DNA of 63,862 nucleotides, filler included, from Babesia bigemina (GCF_000981445.1; 17 parts of 17 records of this genome joined end to end with filler, not necessarily neighbours in it); one strand, 5' to 3'. Shown: positions 22,620 to 35,432, numbered from the whole stretch's first letter. The notes: a model not told the origin generated them from the sequence alone. Made by a program: numbers and translations.

Positions 22620-25600
22620 TTATTGACGTGAAAAGGGGCGTAGGGATAAACCGGTGTAATAATCGTGGAAGTGAGTGTGAAGCCATGAAAGAAGGTCAAC
22701 GACGTCAAACGTAGATTCTTTCTTCTTTTTACCATGCTCATCATAATTTGATTCGCAGTCTGTAATGTGTTTCAGAATATCAGGGACACCGTCTATTGTA
22801 TGTTCAACAAGTTTAGCATATATATCGCTACCCTTCAATTCATACTTACATCGCAACTCTCCATCCTGCTTGGACGTCTGGCTGGTGGGAACATTGTATC
22901 CGCAATCCCTGAAAAACGTGCCGAGTGGATTTTTACGTTTCCTCGCGTCTTGCACTTCATGGTCAATATGGAGATGTTTGGTACTCCACTCACCCTTATG
23001 CCCACACCTCTCCTTCACCTTGCTAAGGTCGTTAAGCAACATCGGCAGGCAGCTCATAAACACCTTGGCGCAGCGCGTAGCGTCGTCGGTTAATTCATCA
23101 GTAGCTTGTTTACCCTTCAGCTCCTCCCACTTAATCTTCCGACTGTCATACCTATTAACATACGCCTTCTCCATCTCCTTTACCAGCCCTTTCATCCCTG
23201 CCTTCAGCGCGTCCAGGAGTTGCGGGTGGTGCGGGTTCGCGAAGGCAGCGGGGTTGAACGTGGACAGGGCGGAGGTCAGGTCGTGGAGGAGGGAGCGGAA
23301 TTTGGAGTCGAAGGTGAAGGGGCGATTGTTGTCGTGGAGGTGGGTGAGGAGGGCGTAGGTGCGGGATTGGAGGCGGGTGACCAGTTGGGAGGAGGGGGTG
23401 GTTTGGGAGGTGACTGGCTGCGTACCTTTGCTTTTGGGCAGGTCGTTACTTGGCGATTTGACTTGCTCATTGATATACTTCGTGAGTGTTTCTACATACC
23501 ATTTCGCATTCACAGCTGCGGTTTTGGTATCATGTGCGTCGGAGATCTGGGACAGCGTTTCATGGTTACCGTCAATGATTGACAGTAGGCACTTTATACC
23601 GGACGCATTATCTTTCTTAATGATGTTCTGGATTTTTGATTTTTGTTCATTTACGATGCTTTTCAATGTTGCAAGTTCCATTTGTTTGCGGGCAGCGTAT
23701 AGTCCCTGCGCTTTGTTTTTAATGTGTTCAGTTGTTCTCCTTATGGCATCAGCAACGTAATTATTGATTGCTTTCAAGGTCTCGTTGGCCTTAGTAGGAA
23801 TGGTAGTGGTGTGGAATGTGGTTGCCTCGGCCAGGATATAGGCCAAGTTGGCTTTGTCAGTTTTATCCAAGATGGCAACGATTTCATTTTTAACATCTTC
23901 AAGTGCTTGAGGAAGCGTATACATGTATCCCGATCCTTGTCTATCTAAGATTTTCTGTAAATCATCTAGTAGCTTTTGCACGCCTCTACCTTGGTCAGGA
24001 GCATTACTACTGGCCGTGCCAGCTGGGTTCTGAACAAGACCCTTCACAGCGTCAGCGAATTTACCGAGTTCAGTGCTGACGTGTTGAAGTTCTGCCTGAA
24101 GTATACGACCCGTTTGATCTGGTTTAATGCCGATTTTACTCCATTCTAGTGCCTCTTGGACGATCGTTCTTATATTGTTTATTGCATCCTCGAGATCTTT
24201 CTTCGAACCTTTGCCGTTATGTTTGGCGAACGTCGTAAGTTTGCCAAGGTCGAATATTTTACCGGCCGTACCGTCCCTACCTATCTCTGTGTCAAGTCTA
24301 GTTCCCACTTGCCTCTGACACTGCTGCTGTTCGAACGCATCGTTCAGATCTTGAATGGGTTTCTTTATGTCTTTCAACGCCTGTGTGATAGCTGCCCCCA
24401 ATGTGCTTTTTTGTCCTGTCGTCAAATTGTTCGCCAATAGATTTTACGCTTCGCATGATAGCCTTCACAGTTCGTCGAGATTGGACGTATCAAGAATTCG
24501 CTTAAGTTCGTTGCCAGTATGTCTGGCTATGAGAGTAAGCGCAATCATGATTCTTCTTACAGCCTCAGCAAGATGTGATCTCGCAAGAGATGGAACAGTG
24601 TTTTTTGAGGTTGTGATTATTGTCTCTATCTCCCCGGCTACATCATCGTAACTCATCTGAGCAACTCTTTTAGCTTCAATCACACCCTCGAGTCCGCCGG
24701 CTAATTGATCACAACCCATTTGAACAGCTTGGAGGTACTGATTAATCTTGTCATCGGCAGCTTCAAGTAAAGGTGTGACCATTCGATCTATATCCTTAAT
24801 TACTTCGTTTTGAAGCTTTTGTACAATCACCTGTGCAATCAGGTTTCTGAATGTATCAGTTATATCATTGGTGCCGTCGGCATTTTTATAAGTATGACTC
24901 ACCTGACCATAGTTGTTCTCCAAATATTTTTGTAGCTTATCATTCACGTATTCATTTTCGTCGTTCACAATATTTATAATCCATTCCTTTACAGTTGCCT
25001 TAAATCCCTCTTCAGTGAACTTACCAGCGTACGTACCCATATTGGTAATAATTCTTGCAATATGACCTGATACACCATTCATTTCATGTTTATATATATC
25101 ATTACTATACTCCGTAATTTTCTTTTTCAACTCCTCCCAATTATGATTTATATTACCTGCATCCTTTGTTTTACGCGTTTCATTTTCTCCTACCTTATCC
25201 TTAACTACATTAAATTGCGGCAGAATGTCGACAGTAATATAATCCCACATTGATTCCTTAATTGAATTTTTAATGTCATATAGATCCTTCCGCAATGCCA
25301 AATCAAGGTCGCCAACTTTTCCCGTCGCGTTGCCAACCCATGAGCCGATTTCGTTCTTAACGCTGTCCGCAGCATCGAAAAGTTTTTGTGCCTTTGCTCT
25401 TAAAGCTTCGGCTGCGATTTCTACCGCTTTTCTTTTCTCTGGATCATCCGTTCCAGTTGTACCATCCAGTTTCTTAATAATTTCATTACACTTATTCATA
25501 GCGGCTTTAACAACCTTCTTGGCCTTGGATATCCATCCCTCCAACGCAACTTTCACTCGTCCCAATTCGCTATTAATTTGCTTCAGTGGACCATGGATTT

Positions 25601-25877
25601 TCTTTTCAAAAGCATTATCTATATTCGTCGCCATCTCGTTCACACGCGCCGCGACTTCACCTTCGAGCAGCGTTTTCAAATTGGCAAGTTGCTCTCTCAC
25701 TGTCGTGTTCAACACCTGCAAGTCATTATTTTCGGCTGATTTAGTGAAAGCATCAACGGCTTGATGAATTGAATTTAACGGCGGCGTTAACATGTTTTGT
25801 GCGTTGTTGTCTAACTGTTTTAACGCCTCTTTACTCTGATTGACATCGGCGGCCATTTTCGTCGCCATCATCTGCAC
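22620..25877 (-). pseudogene. ves: Internal ves fragment broken by apparent frameshifts near 24470 and 24397
   Basis: ORFs 24465..25877 and 22620..24437; FANPHHPQLLDALKAG matches FANPRHPELLDAVRAG in 3719..9856; a third frame VKSIGEQFDD bridges the gap. Confidence 0.75.
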
Positions 25878-26016
25878 CCATCACGGTTGCTGGAATACAT
25901 TATATGAAAAAAGGCTNNNNNNNNNNNNNNNNNNNNNNNNNNNNNNNNNNNNNNNNNNNNTTAATTAATTAANNNNNNNNNNNNNNNNNNNNNNNNNNNN
26001 NNNNNNNNNNNNNNNN

Positions 26017-26426
26017 CCTTCCAATCGCATCATTAAACCTATTTACCACCATGTTTACAGGTCTCAAGTGACTAATTGCATGCTATTTCATTATTATGCT
26101 GCCCTAAATGATCTTTGATGTACTGAGACACCACTCAAAAATCCCATCACCCCGTCACACAGCCAGTCCAAGTCAGAGTAGACAATTCCAGTGCCGTCGT
26201 AGCCTTTGGACTCAGAGTTGAAGCCTAAGAATTTCTCGAGGCCAGAGCAGAGGTTGTTAAGGATATTAGTAGGGTTGTTATTTAGGGTATTTTTAAGTTT
26301 CAAAATTTTACCAAATTTCTTGTCAAGCTCCCTAGGCGGCACATGGTCAGGGCAGTGGCAGGAGGTGGAAGAAGGGAAGGGAAGGGTGACAAGGCACAAG
26401 TTATTGTTATGGTTTAAAGAGGTCAT
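26017..26426 (-). pseudogene. ves: Cap-fused ves N-terminal fragment, frameshifted near contig end
   Basis: MTSLNHNNNLCL...CHCPDHVPPRELDKKF...GIVYSDLDWLCDGVM, then indels at ~26125. Confidence 0.7.
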
Positions 26427-26455
26427 AGAGGTATTATGGCGAGGTAATTCAAGGG

Positions 26456-26950
26456 ATGTGGAGTGGGTAAAAAAGCGATGTAGAGTGGGTTAGGGAGCGA
26501 TGTAGAGTGGGTTAAGGGGCGATGTAGAGTGGGTAAAGGGGCGATGTAGAGTGGATAAGGGGCGATGTAGGGTGGGTTAAGGGGCGATGTAGAGTGGGTA
26601 AGGGGCGATGTGGAGTGGATAAAGGGGCGATGTAGAGTGGATTAAGGGGCGATGTGGAGTGGATAAAAGGGCGATGTAGAGTGGGTAAAGGGGCGATGTA
26701 GAGTGGATAAAGGGGCGATGTAGAGTGGATTAAGGAGCGATGTAGAGTGGGTTAGGGAGCGATGTAGAGGGGGTAAGGGGCGATGTAGAGTGGATAAAGG
26801 GGCGATGTAGAGTGGGTTAGGGAGCGATGTAGAGTGGATAAGGGGCGATGTAGAGTGGGTTAAGGGGCGATGTAGAGTGGGTAAAGGGGCGATGTAGTGT
26901 GGGTTAAGGGGCGATGTAGAGTGGGTTAAGGAGCGATGTGGAGTGGGTAA
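26456..26950 (-). repeat. 22-bp minisatellite, ~22 units
   Basis: GGGGCGATGTAGAGTGG units on + strand. Confidence 0.95.
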
Positions 26951-26974
26951 TAATCACCACTTACGTCAGGTGCT

Positions 26975-27322
26975 TGGTCACCATGTCATCGCTGCCGTAA
27001 CCATGTCATCGCTGCCGTAACCATGTCATCGCTGCCGTGACCATGTCATCGCTGCCGTGACCATGTCATCGCTGCCGTGACCATGTCATCGCTGCCGTGT
27101 CCATGTCATCGCTGCTGTGTCCATGTCATCGCTGCCGTAACCATGTCATCGCTGCTGTGTCCATGTCATCGCTGCCGTAACCATGTCATCGCTGCCGTGA
27201 CCATGTCATCGCTGCCGTAACCATGTCATCGCTGCCGTGTCCATGTCATCGCTGCCGTAACCATGTCATCGCTACCGTGACCATGTCATCGCTACCGTGA
27301 CCATGTCATCGCTGCCGTGACA
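26975..27322 (-). repeat. 20-bp tandem array, ~17 units
   Basis: CCATGTCATCGCTGCCGTGA units. Confidence 0.95.
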
Positions 27323-27326
27323 TCAA

Positions 27327-27485
27327 CTTGGTCAGCACGTTTGTCAGCACTTTGGTCAGCACTTTGGTCAGCACCTTGGTCAGCACTTTGGTCAGGTGGT
27401 TGGTCAGCACATTGGTCAGCACTTTGGTCAGGTGGTTGGTCAGCACATTGGTCAGCACTTTGGTCAGCATCTTGATAAGCACTTT
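27327..27485 (-). repeat. 12-bp tandem array
   Basis: TTGGTCAGCAC units. Confidence 0.93.
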
Positions 27486-27607
27486 AGTTAACTACTACAC
27501 AATCACATACAACGATTAGTGAGTGATACAATAGATTAGACAACAATTCATAAGTTAGGTGAGTAGGTGATGCTAAGTGAGTGTAGAAGGTAAACACGTG
27601 AGTACGA

Positions 27608-28251
27608 TTATGGTTGCAGATAAAACACTCTGTTAAGCTTGTTAACACGCGCAGCCGCAAGTAGCGATTGAGCAGCGATGCGATGACTCGAGGGACTATG
27701 TAGATGCGATTTGATGTGTAGCAGGTCGAGGCGGATGACCATGATGTGGATGAGGTAGAGGACAGAGAGGAGCCAGAGGGCGACGTTGAGCCAGATGAAG
27801 GGGGCGCGGATTTTGAACAGCAGTTCGTCACACTGCTTGAACAACGCGACGAAGTATTTGGAGTCCATAACTCTCTTCAACAGTACGCCAAATTTCGTAC
27901 ATGTTCTTGCGTTAGTTTTTTCATTTAACGCAGCCGCATCACCGAATGCGAATCCACATTTGTAAAGCGTGGCTGAAACACCTTTGCATGATACCAGAGA
28001 GTTACACTGACAAGGGTTGTCAAAACTGCCATGGTGGCCCGGCCTGCATCCATCTCCACGCTGGCATCTACGGCATCCCCAGTCCCTGCAGAAAATCTGT
28101 TGATATTCTGTAAACAGCGATTTAAGGTAATCGTGAAACGTCCACGGGAAGTATGTCGCCCATGACAGGTAGAGACCAGCGTGTTTGGGAGCAAGCAATG
28201 AATATGAGTCACCGCTCCAGGATTGAAGGTACGGGCCACATGGATGACTTG
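27608..28251 (-). CDS. ves: ves C-terminal fragment (tail type I), cut by contig end
   Basis: CRDWGCRRC, TM, ...RVNKLNRVFYLQP. Confidence 0.85.
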
Positions 28252-28351
28252 NNNNNNNNNNNNNNNNNNNNNNNNNNNNNNNNNNNNNNNNNNNNTTAAT
28301 TAATTAANNNNNNNNNNNNNNNNNNNNNNNNNNNNNNNNNNNNNNNNNNNN

Positions 28352-29325
28352 CCTAAAACCCTAAAACCCTAAAAACCCTAAAAAACCCTAAACCCTAAAA
28401 CCCTAAAACCCTAAACCCTAAAAAACCCTAAAACCCTAAAAACCCTAAAACCCTAAAACCCTAAAAACCCTAAACCCTAAAAAACCCTAAAACCCTAAAA
28501 ACCCTAAACCCTAAACCCTAAAACCCTAAACCCTAAAAACCCTAAAACCCTAAAACCCTAAAAAACCCTAAAACCCTAAAAACCCGTAAAACCCTAAAAC
28601 CCTAAACCCTAAAAACCCTAAAACCCTAAAACCCTAAAAACCCTAAACCCTAAAAACCCTAAAACCCTAAAACCCTAAAACCCTAAAACCCTAAAAACCC
28701 TAAAACCCTAAACCCTAAACCCTAAATAAAACCCTAAACCCTAAAAACCCTAAACCCTAAAACCCTAAAAACCCTAAAACCCTAAAACCTAAAACCCTAA
28801 AACCTAAAAACCCTAAAAACCCTAAAAAACCCTAAAACCCTAAAAACCCTAAAACCCTAAAAACCCTAAACCCTAAAACCCTAAAAAAACCCTAAAACCC
28901 TAAAAACCCTAAAAACCTAAAAACCCTAAAACCCTAAAACCCTAAAACCCTAAACCCTAAAACCCTAAACCCTAAAACCCTAAAACCCTAAAACCCTAAA
29001 AACCCTAAAAACCCTAAACCCTAAAAACCCTAAACCCTAAAAACCCTAAACCCTAAAACCCTAAAACCCTAAAACCCTAAAACCCTAAAAACCCTAAACC
29101 CTAAACCCTAAAACCCTAAACCCTAAAACCCAAAACCCTAAAACCCTAAAACCCTAAAACCCTAAACCCTAAACCCTAAACCCTAAAACCCCTAAACCCT
29201 AAACCAAACCCTAAACCCTAAAAAACCCTAAAACCCTAAAAACCCTAAACCCTAAAACCCTAAAACCCTAAGAACCTAAAACCCTAAGAACCTAAGAACC
29301 TAAAAAAAACCTAAAAACCTAAGCC
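28352..29325 (+). repeat. Telomeric repeat CCCTA(3-7), left chromosome end
   Basis: ~970 bp of CCCTAAA/CCCTAAAA variants from contig start, degenerating inward (CCTAAGAA). Confidence 0.95.
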
Positions 29326-29360
29326 CAGTGACCTGGCCTCCTAACCCTAGAATTCTAGGA

Positions 29361-30735
29361 CCTCATCTACTCATCTTCCTGTTTCTGGCCTTAGATAAGC
29401 CCTGGATTCTAATTGGCCTTGTTATTGCTACTCATCTTATCTTATTCAGCTACTCATCTTATCTTATTCAGCTACTCATCTTATCTTATTCAGCTACTCA
29501 TCTTATCTTATTCAGCTACTCATCTTATCTTATTCAGCTACTCATCTTATCTTATTCAGCTACTCATCTTCCTGTTTCTGGCCTTAGATAAGCCTTGATT
29601 CTAATTTGCCTTGTTATTGCTACTCATCTTATTCAGCTACTCATCTTATCTTATTCAGCTACTCATCTTCCTGTTTCTGGCCTAGATAAGCCTTGATTCT
29701 AATTTGCCTTGTTATGGCTACTCATCTTATTTTATTCAGCTACTCATCTTATCTTACTCAGCTACTCATCTTATCTTATTCAGCTACTCATCTATCTTAT
29801 TCAGCTACTCATCTTATTCAGCTACTCATCTTATTCAGCTACTCATCTTATCTTATTCAGCTACTCATCTTATCTTATTCAGCTACTCATCTTCCTGTTT
29901 CTGGCCTTAGATAAGCCTTGATTCTAATTTGCCTTGTTATTGCTACTCATCTTATTCAGCTACTCATCTTATCTTATTCAGCTACTCATCTTATCTTATT
30001 CAGCTACTCATCTTATCTTATTCAGCTACTCATCTTCCTGTTTCTGGCCTTAGATAAGCCTTGATTCTAATTTGCCTTGTTATTGCTACTCATCTTATTC
30101 AGCTACTCATCTTATCTTATTCAGCTACTCATCTTATCTTATTCAGCTACTCATCTTCCTGTTTCTGGCCTTAGATAAGCCTTGATTCTAATTTGCCTTG
30201 TTATTGCTACTCATCTTATCTTATTCAGCTACTCATCTTCCTGTTTCTGGCCTTAGATAAGCCTTGATTCTAATTTGCCTTGTTATTGCTACTCATCTTA
30301 TTCAGCTACTCATCTTATCTTATTCAGCTACTCATCTTATCTTATTCAGCTACTCATCTTATTCAGCTACTCATCTTATCTTATTCAGCTACTCATCTTA
30401 TCTTATTCAGCTACTCATCTTATCTTATTCAGCTACTCATCTTATCTTATTCAGCTACTCATCTTATCTTATTCAGCTACTCATCTTATCTTATTCAGCT
30501 ACTCATCTTATCTTATTCAGCTACTCATCTTATCTTATTCAGCTACTCATCTTATCTTATTCAGCTACTCATCTTCCTGTTTCTGGCCTTAGATAAGCCT
30601 TGATTCTAATTTGCCTTGTTATTGCTACTCATCTTATTCAGCTACTCATCTTATCTTATTCAGCTACTCATCTTATCTTATTCAGCTACTCATCTTATCT
30701 TATTCAGCTACTCATCTTCCTGTTTCTGGCCTCAC
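29361..30735 (+). repeat. Subtelomeric higher-order repeat: 22/17-bp units (CTACTCATCTTATCTTATTCAG) punctuated ~9 times by a ~58-bp element
   Basis: Element CTTCCTGTTTCTGGCCTTAGATAAGCCTTGATTCTAATTTGCCTTGTTATTG recurs after variable numbers of short units. Confidence 0.93.
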
Positions 30736-30969
30736 ATCATACTTGATTCGAAAATGCCTGGTTATTGCTACTCATGTTATTGCGACTCACCTCATATCTT
30801 AACTCATCTACACCTCATATCTTAACGCAACACACCTCATATCGTATCTCAGCACACCTCATATCGTATNNNNNNNNNNNNNNNNNNNNNNNNNNNNNNN
30901 NNNNNNNNNNNNNTTAATTAATTAANNNNNNNNNNNNNNNNNNNNNNNNNNNNNNNNNNNNNNNNNNNN

Positions 30970-31222
30970 ACTCCACATGGCTCCTTAACCCAGACTACAT
31001 CGGCCCTTTACCCACTCTACATCGCCCCTTTATCCACTCCACATCGCCCCTTTACCCACTCTAAATCGCTCCCTAACCCACTCTACATCGCTCCATAATC
31101 CACTCTACATCGCTCCCTAATCCACTCTACATCGCTCCCTAATCCACTCTACATCGCTCCCTAACCCACTCTACATCGCCCCTTAACCCACTCTACATCG
31201 CCCCTTTACCCACTCTACATCG
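30970..31222 (+). repeat. 22-bp C-rich minisatellite fragment abutting the lab transposon
   Basis: Same unit. Confidence 0.9.
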
Positions 31223-32430
31223 CGCCTTTAACACACATGTAAAGCCCGAAGATCGACTGTATGCCGGTCGACTCTCGAGGATCCCCGGCACGGTTGATGA
31301 GAGCTTTGTTGTAGGTGGACCAGTTGGTGATTTTGAACTTTTGCTTTGCCACGGAACGGTCTGCGTTGTCGGGAAGATGCGTGATCTGATCCTTCAACTC
31401 AGCAAAAGTTCGATTTATTCAACAAAGCCGCCGTCCCGTCAAGTCAGCGTAATGCTCTGCCAGTGTTACAACCAATTAACCAATTCTGATTAGAAAAACT
31501 CATCGAGCATCAAATGAAACTGCAATTTATTCATATCAGGATTATCAATACCATATTTTTGAAAAAGCCGTTTCTGTAATGAAGGAGAAAACTCACCGAG
31601 GCAGTTCCATAGGATGGCAAGATCCTGGTATCGGTCTGCGATTCCGACTCGTCCAACATCAATACAACCTATTAATTTCCCCTCGTCAAAAATAAGGTTA
31701 TCAAGTGAGAAATCACCATGAGTGACGACTGAATCCGGTGAGAATGGCAAAAGCTTATGCATTTCTTTCCAGACTTGTTCAACAGGCCAGCCATTACGCT
31801 CGTCATCAAAATCACTCGCATCAACCAAACCGTTATTCATTCGTGATTGCGCCTGAGCGAGACGAAATACGCGATCGCTGTTAAAAGGACAATTACAAAC
31901 AGGAATCGAATGCAACCGGCGCAGGAACACTGCCAGCGCATCAACAATATTTTCACCTGAATCAGGATATTCTTCTAATACCTGGAATGCTGTTTTCCCG
32001 GGGATCGCAGTGGTGAGTAACCATGCATCATCAGGAGTACGGATAAAATGCTTGATGGTCGGAAGAGGCATAAATTCCGTCAGCCAGTTTAGTCTGACCA
32101 TCTCATCTGTAACATCATTGGCAACGCTACCTTTGCCATGTTTCAGAAACAACTCTGGCGCATCGGGCTTCCCATACAATCGATAGATTGTCGCACCTGA
32201 TTGCCCGACATTATCGCGAGCCCATTTATACCCATATAAATCAGCATCCATGTTGGAATTTAATCGCGGCCTCGAGCAAGACGTTTCCCGTTGAATATGG
32301 CTCATAACACCCCTTGTATTACTGTTTATGTAAGCAGACAGTTTTATTGTTCATGATGATATATTTTTATCTTGTGCAATGTAACATCAGAGACTTTGAG
32401 ACACAATTCATAGAGGATGCACGCGATATG
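31221..32430 (-). mobile_element. Laboratory EZ-Tn5 KAN-2-like transposon cassette (sequencing artefact)
   Basis: Tn903 kan gene, IS903 stub at 31291-31428, garbled SalI/XbaI/BamHI polylinker (GTCGACTCTcGAGGATCCCC) and mosaic-end-like remnant; matches to recalled KAN-2 primer sites at 31292-31316 and 32376-32400. Confidence 0.85.
31490..32305 (-). CDS. aph(3')-Ia: Aminoglycoside 3'-phosphotransferase APH(3')-Ia (Tn903 KanR)
   Basis: 271 aa MSHIQRETSCSRPRLNSNMDADLYGYKWARD...HLMLDEFF. Confidence 0.99.
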   Translation of the reverse strand: MSHIQRETSCSRPRLNSNMDADLYGYKWARDNVGQSGATIYRLYGKPDAPELFLKHGKGSVANDVTDEMVRLNWLTEFMPLPTIKHFIRTPDDAWLLTTAIPGKTAFQVLEEYPDSGENIVDALAVFLRRLHSIPVCNCPFNSDRVFRLAQAQSRMNNGLVDASDFDDERNGWPVEQVWKEMHKLLPFSPDSVVTHGDFSLDNLIFDEGKLIGCIDVGRVGIADRYQDLAILWNCLGEFSPSLQKRLFQKYGIDNPDMNKLQFHLMLDEFF

Positions 32431-32464
32431 GATGAGACGCAGCAGTCTGGCAGTCAGGCACGTA

Positions 32465-32959
32465 GTGGAACACCGTGCAGTCGTACGATACCACGTCGCC
32501 GCGCGTGAATGGACGCGTGTCGGGTATGCCGTGGCAGGCCACCTCGTTCACCGAAATGCATATCGCCTTCGGGAACCCGTGGAAGCCCACGCCAGCCGGG
32601 TACGCGCCTCTCGACACGATGAATTCCTGCCCCAAGCGATCAATGTCCTCCGCAGTAGCGCCTTCAGCGGTTGCATCCATGCACCGCTTTAGGCAGTCGG
32701 CAGCTACGCGTGCCGCTGCGCGCATAGCCGCGATCTGCTGAGCATTCTTTACCTCCGCATGTACGCAGGGCTGGGAGTAGTACGCACGTAACTCGCTCTC
32801 GTTGCGGGAAGCGGCGTACGGCGGGCGTGTGATATGCGCCGGAATGGGCTGTGGCGGCAGCACCTGGTACGCTCCTGAGCATGTGTTATACAGACGTAAC
32901 AACGATTGACGTCGGCCGACTTCAGCCGGGGCCATCATGGAAACGTAAACAAAACTCAC
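32465..32959 (-). CDS. map: Methionine aminopeptidase type I, N-terminal fragment cut at the transposon junction
   Basis: [22 protein letters not shown]...[23 protein letters not shown]...[10 protein letters not shown]. Possible intron GTGAGT (32959) to TCAG (~32876). Confidence 0.85.
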
Positions 32960-33133
32960 CCATCCAGTCTAGTTGGGCCAAAAACCGTTAACTTATCTTG
33001 ACGTAGGGTCGGGGTGAACTGTTTTTTCTTAGANNNNNNNNNNNNNNNNNNNNNNNNNNNNNNNNNNNNNNNNNNNNTTAATTAATTAANNNNNNNNNNN
33101 NNNNNNNNNNNNNNNNNNNNNNNNNNNNNNNNN

Positions 33134-34046
33134 TAAAGTCTTTTGCATATTTTTGACACTGATCCACCAAGGAACTTGCCTGTGTCAAATTTTTTTCTGT
33201 GGAAGTCATGGGCCTTTCTTTATCAATTATATTCGGCAATTTAGTTTGTAACTCTTCTTTTTTATAGTTTTTCATGCCTCTTTGAAGGTTTTTAATTGCC
33301 GTTTTAACAAGGTCATTTGATGTCTTTACTTTACCATTATACCCCCGCACCCCTGCGACCACCTCCGCAATCGCAGCATTAAAACCTTTTTTACCGGCGT
33401 GTTTATTGGTGTCAAGTACCTTTATTACAGGCGTAATTGTCTCTTTATGCTGCCCTAAATGCTCTTTGATGTTACTAAGCACACCACTCAAAAATCCCAT
33501 CACCCCGTCACACAGCCTGTCCAAGTCAGAGTACACAATCCCAGAGCCGTCGTAGCCTTTGGAAGATGGATTGAAGCCGAGGAAGGTTTCGAGGCCGGAA
33601 CATAAATTAACAAGGATATTTTTAGGCTCATTTGGATGATTCTTGAAATTCTCATAAAATTCACAAAGCTCCTTCACTTTCTCCAATGCCTCCAACTTGG
33701 ACTGCAATTTGGCTGGGTCAGCAGAGGGAGAGGGGGAAGAAGGAGAGTTATTATTAAGGTTATTAGGCTTACTAAGTTGATCATTAAGACGCTGAATTTC
33801 TGCAGTAACTAACTTATTAAGCTCACTAATTTTCTTGGTGTCACCAGCCTGGACACCAGACTTGACAGACTCAGAAAGGGTAGTAACAAGAGAAGAGTAA
33901 ACATTTTTAAGCTCTTCAGTACTGTTAATTTTAGCGATAATAGCATTCTTAACGGCTTTCTTAACACTGTCACTTTGACCAACAAATCCTCCAAGTTGGC
34001 CAGCCAGGTGACCAAGGCTAATGAGCTTGGAGTCAATGTCATTCAA
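33134..34046 (-). CDS. ves: 5'-truncated ves fragment, cut by contig end
   Basis: DIDSKLISLGHLAGQLGG and GIVYSDLDRLCD; out of frame with cap ATG 34120. Confidence 0.8.
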
Positions 34047-34147
34047 GGCTCTTATAGTAGCATCGTCAGTGAGAAAATGGTCACTATCAACAAGTTATTA
34101 GGATGGTTTAAAGAGGTCATAGCGTTAATAAGACAAGGTAATTCGAG

Positions 34148-34495
34148 GGATGTGGAGTGGGTAAAGGGGCGATGTAGAGTGGGTTAAGGAGCGATGTAGA
34201 GTGGGTTAAGGGGCGATGTAGAGTGGATAAGGGAGCGATGTAGCGTGGGTTAGGGAGCGATGTAGAGTGGGTAAAGGAGCGATGTAGAGTGGGTAAAGGG
34301 GCGATGTGGAGTGGGTAAAGGGGCGATGTAGAGTGGATAAAGGGGCGATGTGGAGTGGGTTAGGGAGCGATGTACAGTGGATTAGGGAGCGATGTTGAGT
34401 GGGTAAGGGAGCGATGTAGAGTGGATTAAGGAGCGATGTAGCATGGGTAAAGGGGCGATGTAGCATGGGTAAAGGGGCGATGTAGAGTGGGTAAT
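34148..34495 (-). repeat. 22-bp minisatellite, ~16 units
   Basis: Same unit, reverse orientation. Confidence 0.94.
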
Positions 34496-34510
34496 AATCA
34501 CCACTTGTGT

Positions 34511-34915
34511 CACTGCCATCGCTCCCGTAACCATGTCATCGCTGCCGTGACCATGTCATCGCTGCCGTGACCATGTCATCGCTGCCGTAACCATGTCATC
34601 GCTGCCGTGACCATGTCATCGCTGCCGTGACCATGTCATCGCTGCCGTGACCATGTCATCGCTGCCGTAACCATGTCATCGCTGCCGTGACCATGTCATC
34701 GCTGCCGTGACCATGTCATCGCTGCCGTAACCATGTCATCGCTGCCGTGACCATGTCATCGCTGCCGTGACCATGTCATCGCTGCCGTGACCATGTCATC
34801 GCTGCCGTAGCCATGTCATCGCTGCCGTAACCATGTCATCGCTGCCGTGGCCATGTCATCGCTGCCGTAACCATGTCATCGCTACCGTAACCATGTCATC
34901 GCTGCCGTGGCCATC
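34511..34915 (-). repeat. 20-bp tandem array, ~20 units
   Basis: CCATGTCATCGCTGCCGT[GA]A units. Confidence 0.95.
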
Positions 34916-34918
34916 AAC

Positions 34919-35070
34919 TTGGTCAGCACTTTGGTCAGCACGTTGGTCACCACATTGGTCAGCACTTTGGTCAGGTGCTTGATCAGCACTTTGGTCATCA
35001 CTTTGGTCAGCACATTGGTCAGCACATTGGTCAGCACTTTGGTCATGGCATTGGTCAGGTGCTTGGTCAC
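34919..35070 (-). repeat. 12-bp tandem array
   Basis: TTGGTCAGCAC units. Confidence 0.9.
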
Positions 35071-35192
35071 CTCACTGCTCATGTGATTGGTCATCAGTGC
35101 AATCATTACTGTCTACAACATTAGGTGTCAGTTGTCAGTTAGGTGATCAGTGGGATTTGGATTACGATGTTGGCGCTAACAGATTGCGGAGA

Positions 35193-35384
35193 TCAGCTGT
35201 AAAACGCGATGCAGAAGGGTATCTTGCGTACGAGGAAATCGCGGATGTTGCGGCCCACCGGAAAGCGGAAGATGCACAGGTCGAGCAGGATGATGGCGAC
35301 GATGATGGCAACGATGACGGCGGCGATGACCGAGTAGGGAGTGGTCACCTCACTGCTCATGTGCTTGGTCATCAACGCGATCAC
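35193..35384 (-). CDS. Headless TM/tail module A (63 aa)
   Basis: VIAAVIVAIIVAIILLDLCIFRFPVGRNIRDFLVRKIPFCIAFYS, nearly identical to the C-terminus of 35677..36230. Confidence 0.55.
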   Translation of the reverse strand: MIALMTKHMSSEVTTPYSVIAAVIVAIIVAIILLDLCIFRFPVGRNIRDFLVRKIPFCIAFYS

Positions 35385-35432
35385 TATTTTGTCTATAACA
35401 TTAGATGTCAGTTGCCAGTTAGGTTAACGTGA

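Noticed and set aside
24390..24480. Programmed frameshifting in ves
   Set aside because: Single occurrence in short homopolymers; sequencing error or decay is simpler.
29361..30735. CRISPR-like array (constant ~58-bp element with variable intervals)
   Set aside because: Intervals are copies of one short repeat, not unique spacers; eukaryotic subtelomere; no cas genes.
29328..30825. SYSATHLIL-type ORFs
   Set aside because: Translations of the subtelomeric repeat in all three frames.
31215..31397. IS903 transposase ORF as an active IS
   Set aside because: Short stub carried within the kan cassette.
31490..32305. Horizontal transfer of kanamycin resistance into the parasite
   Set aside because: Polylinker and mosaic-end remnants and unrelated flanks point to a laboratory transposon.
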